A program made the position numbers and the translations under genes. Source: Phoronis australis (taxonomy: Eukaryota; Animalia; Phoronida). From it: a stretch of DNA of 64,000 nucleotides. The DNA lies in contig NMRA01000435.1 in NCBI GenBank assembly GCA_002633005.1, positions 124,001 through 188,000 of the forward strand, read 5' to 3'. A model generated the notes under the pieces. The model saw only the letters and a program-made list of their open reading frames with translations. It was not told the origin of the DNA and did no database searches. How positions within the stretch are numbered: the first letter of the stretch is position 1; each line of letters begins with the position of its first letter. This document shows, in pieces, positions 63,949-64,000 of the stretch.

Positions 63949-64000
63949 GTATGTATAATGAGTCCTCCTTTGTGTGTTTTTTATGAATCGTGGCAAATGT

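Overview
Eukaryotic (metazoan, probably a marine invertebrate; species not determinable) AT-rich genomic DNA with spliced genes. Four genes can be built by hand with GT-AG introns and consistent phases. (1) The 5' 12 exons of mind bomb 1 (MIB1, minus strand; it runs off the window start). (2) A complete 11-exon CABLES gene (plus strand), head-to-head with MIB1, with only 348 bp between the start codons. (3) A complete 13-exon VLDLR/LpR-type lipoprotein receptor (plus strand) with signal peptide, 8 LA repeats, EGF-A/B, YWTD propeller, EGF-C, O-linked region, TM and FDNPVY. (4) The first 4 exons of a PRXL2C/AAED1-like protein. Introns and intergenic DNA carry LINE and Penelope fragments, several MITEs with visible TIRs and TSDs, minisatellites, and a 1.45-kb duplication across an N that looks like a haplotype-overlap artefact. 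Most notable observations: clustered SREBP-type elements with nearby CCAAT boxes in the receptor promoter and first introns; a minisatellite that copies a CABLES splice donor 8 times; a 4x in-frame amplification of a Penelope GIY-YIG motif; an 81-bp perfect-hairpin MITE with an 8-bp TSD; a candidate O-linked cassette exon; and a CxxA active site in PRXL2C. I found no prokaryotic-type systems (CRISPR etc.) and cannot demonstrate a wholly new biological system from sequence alone.
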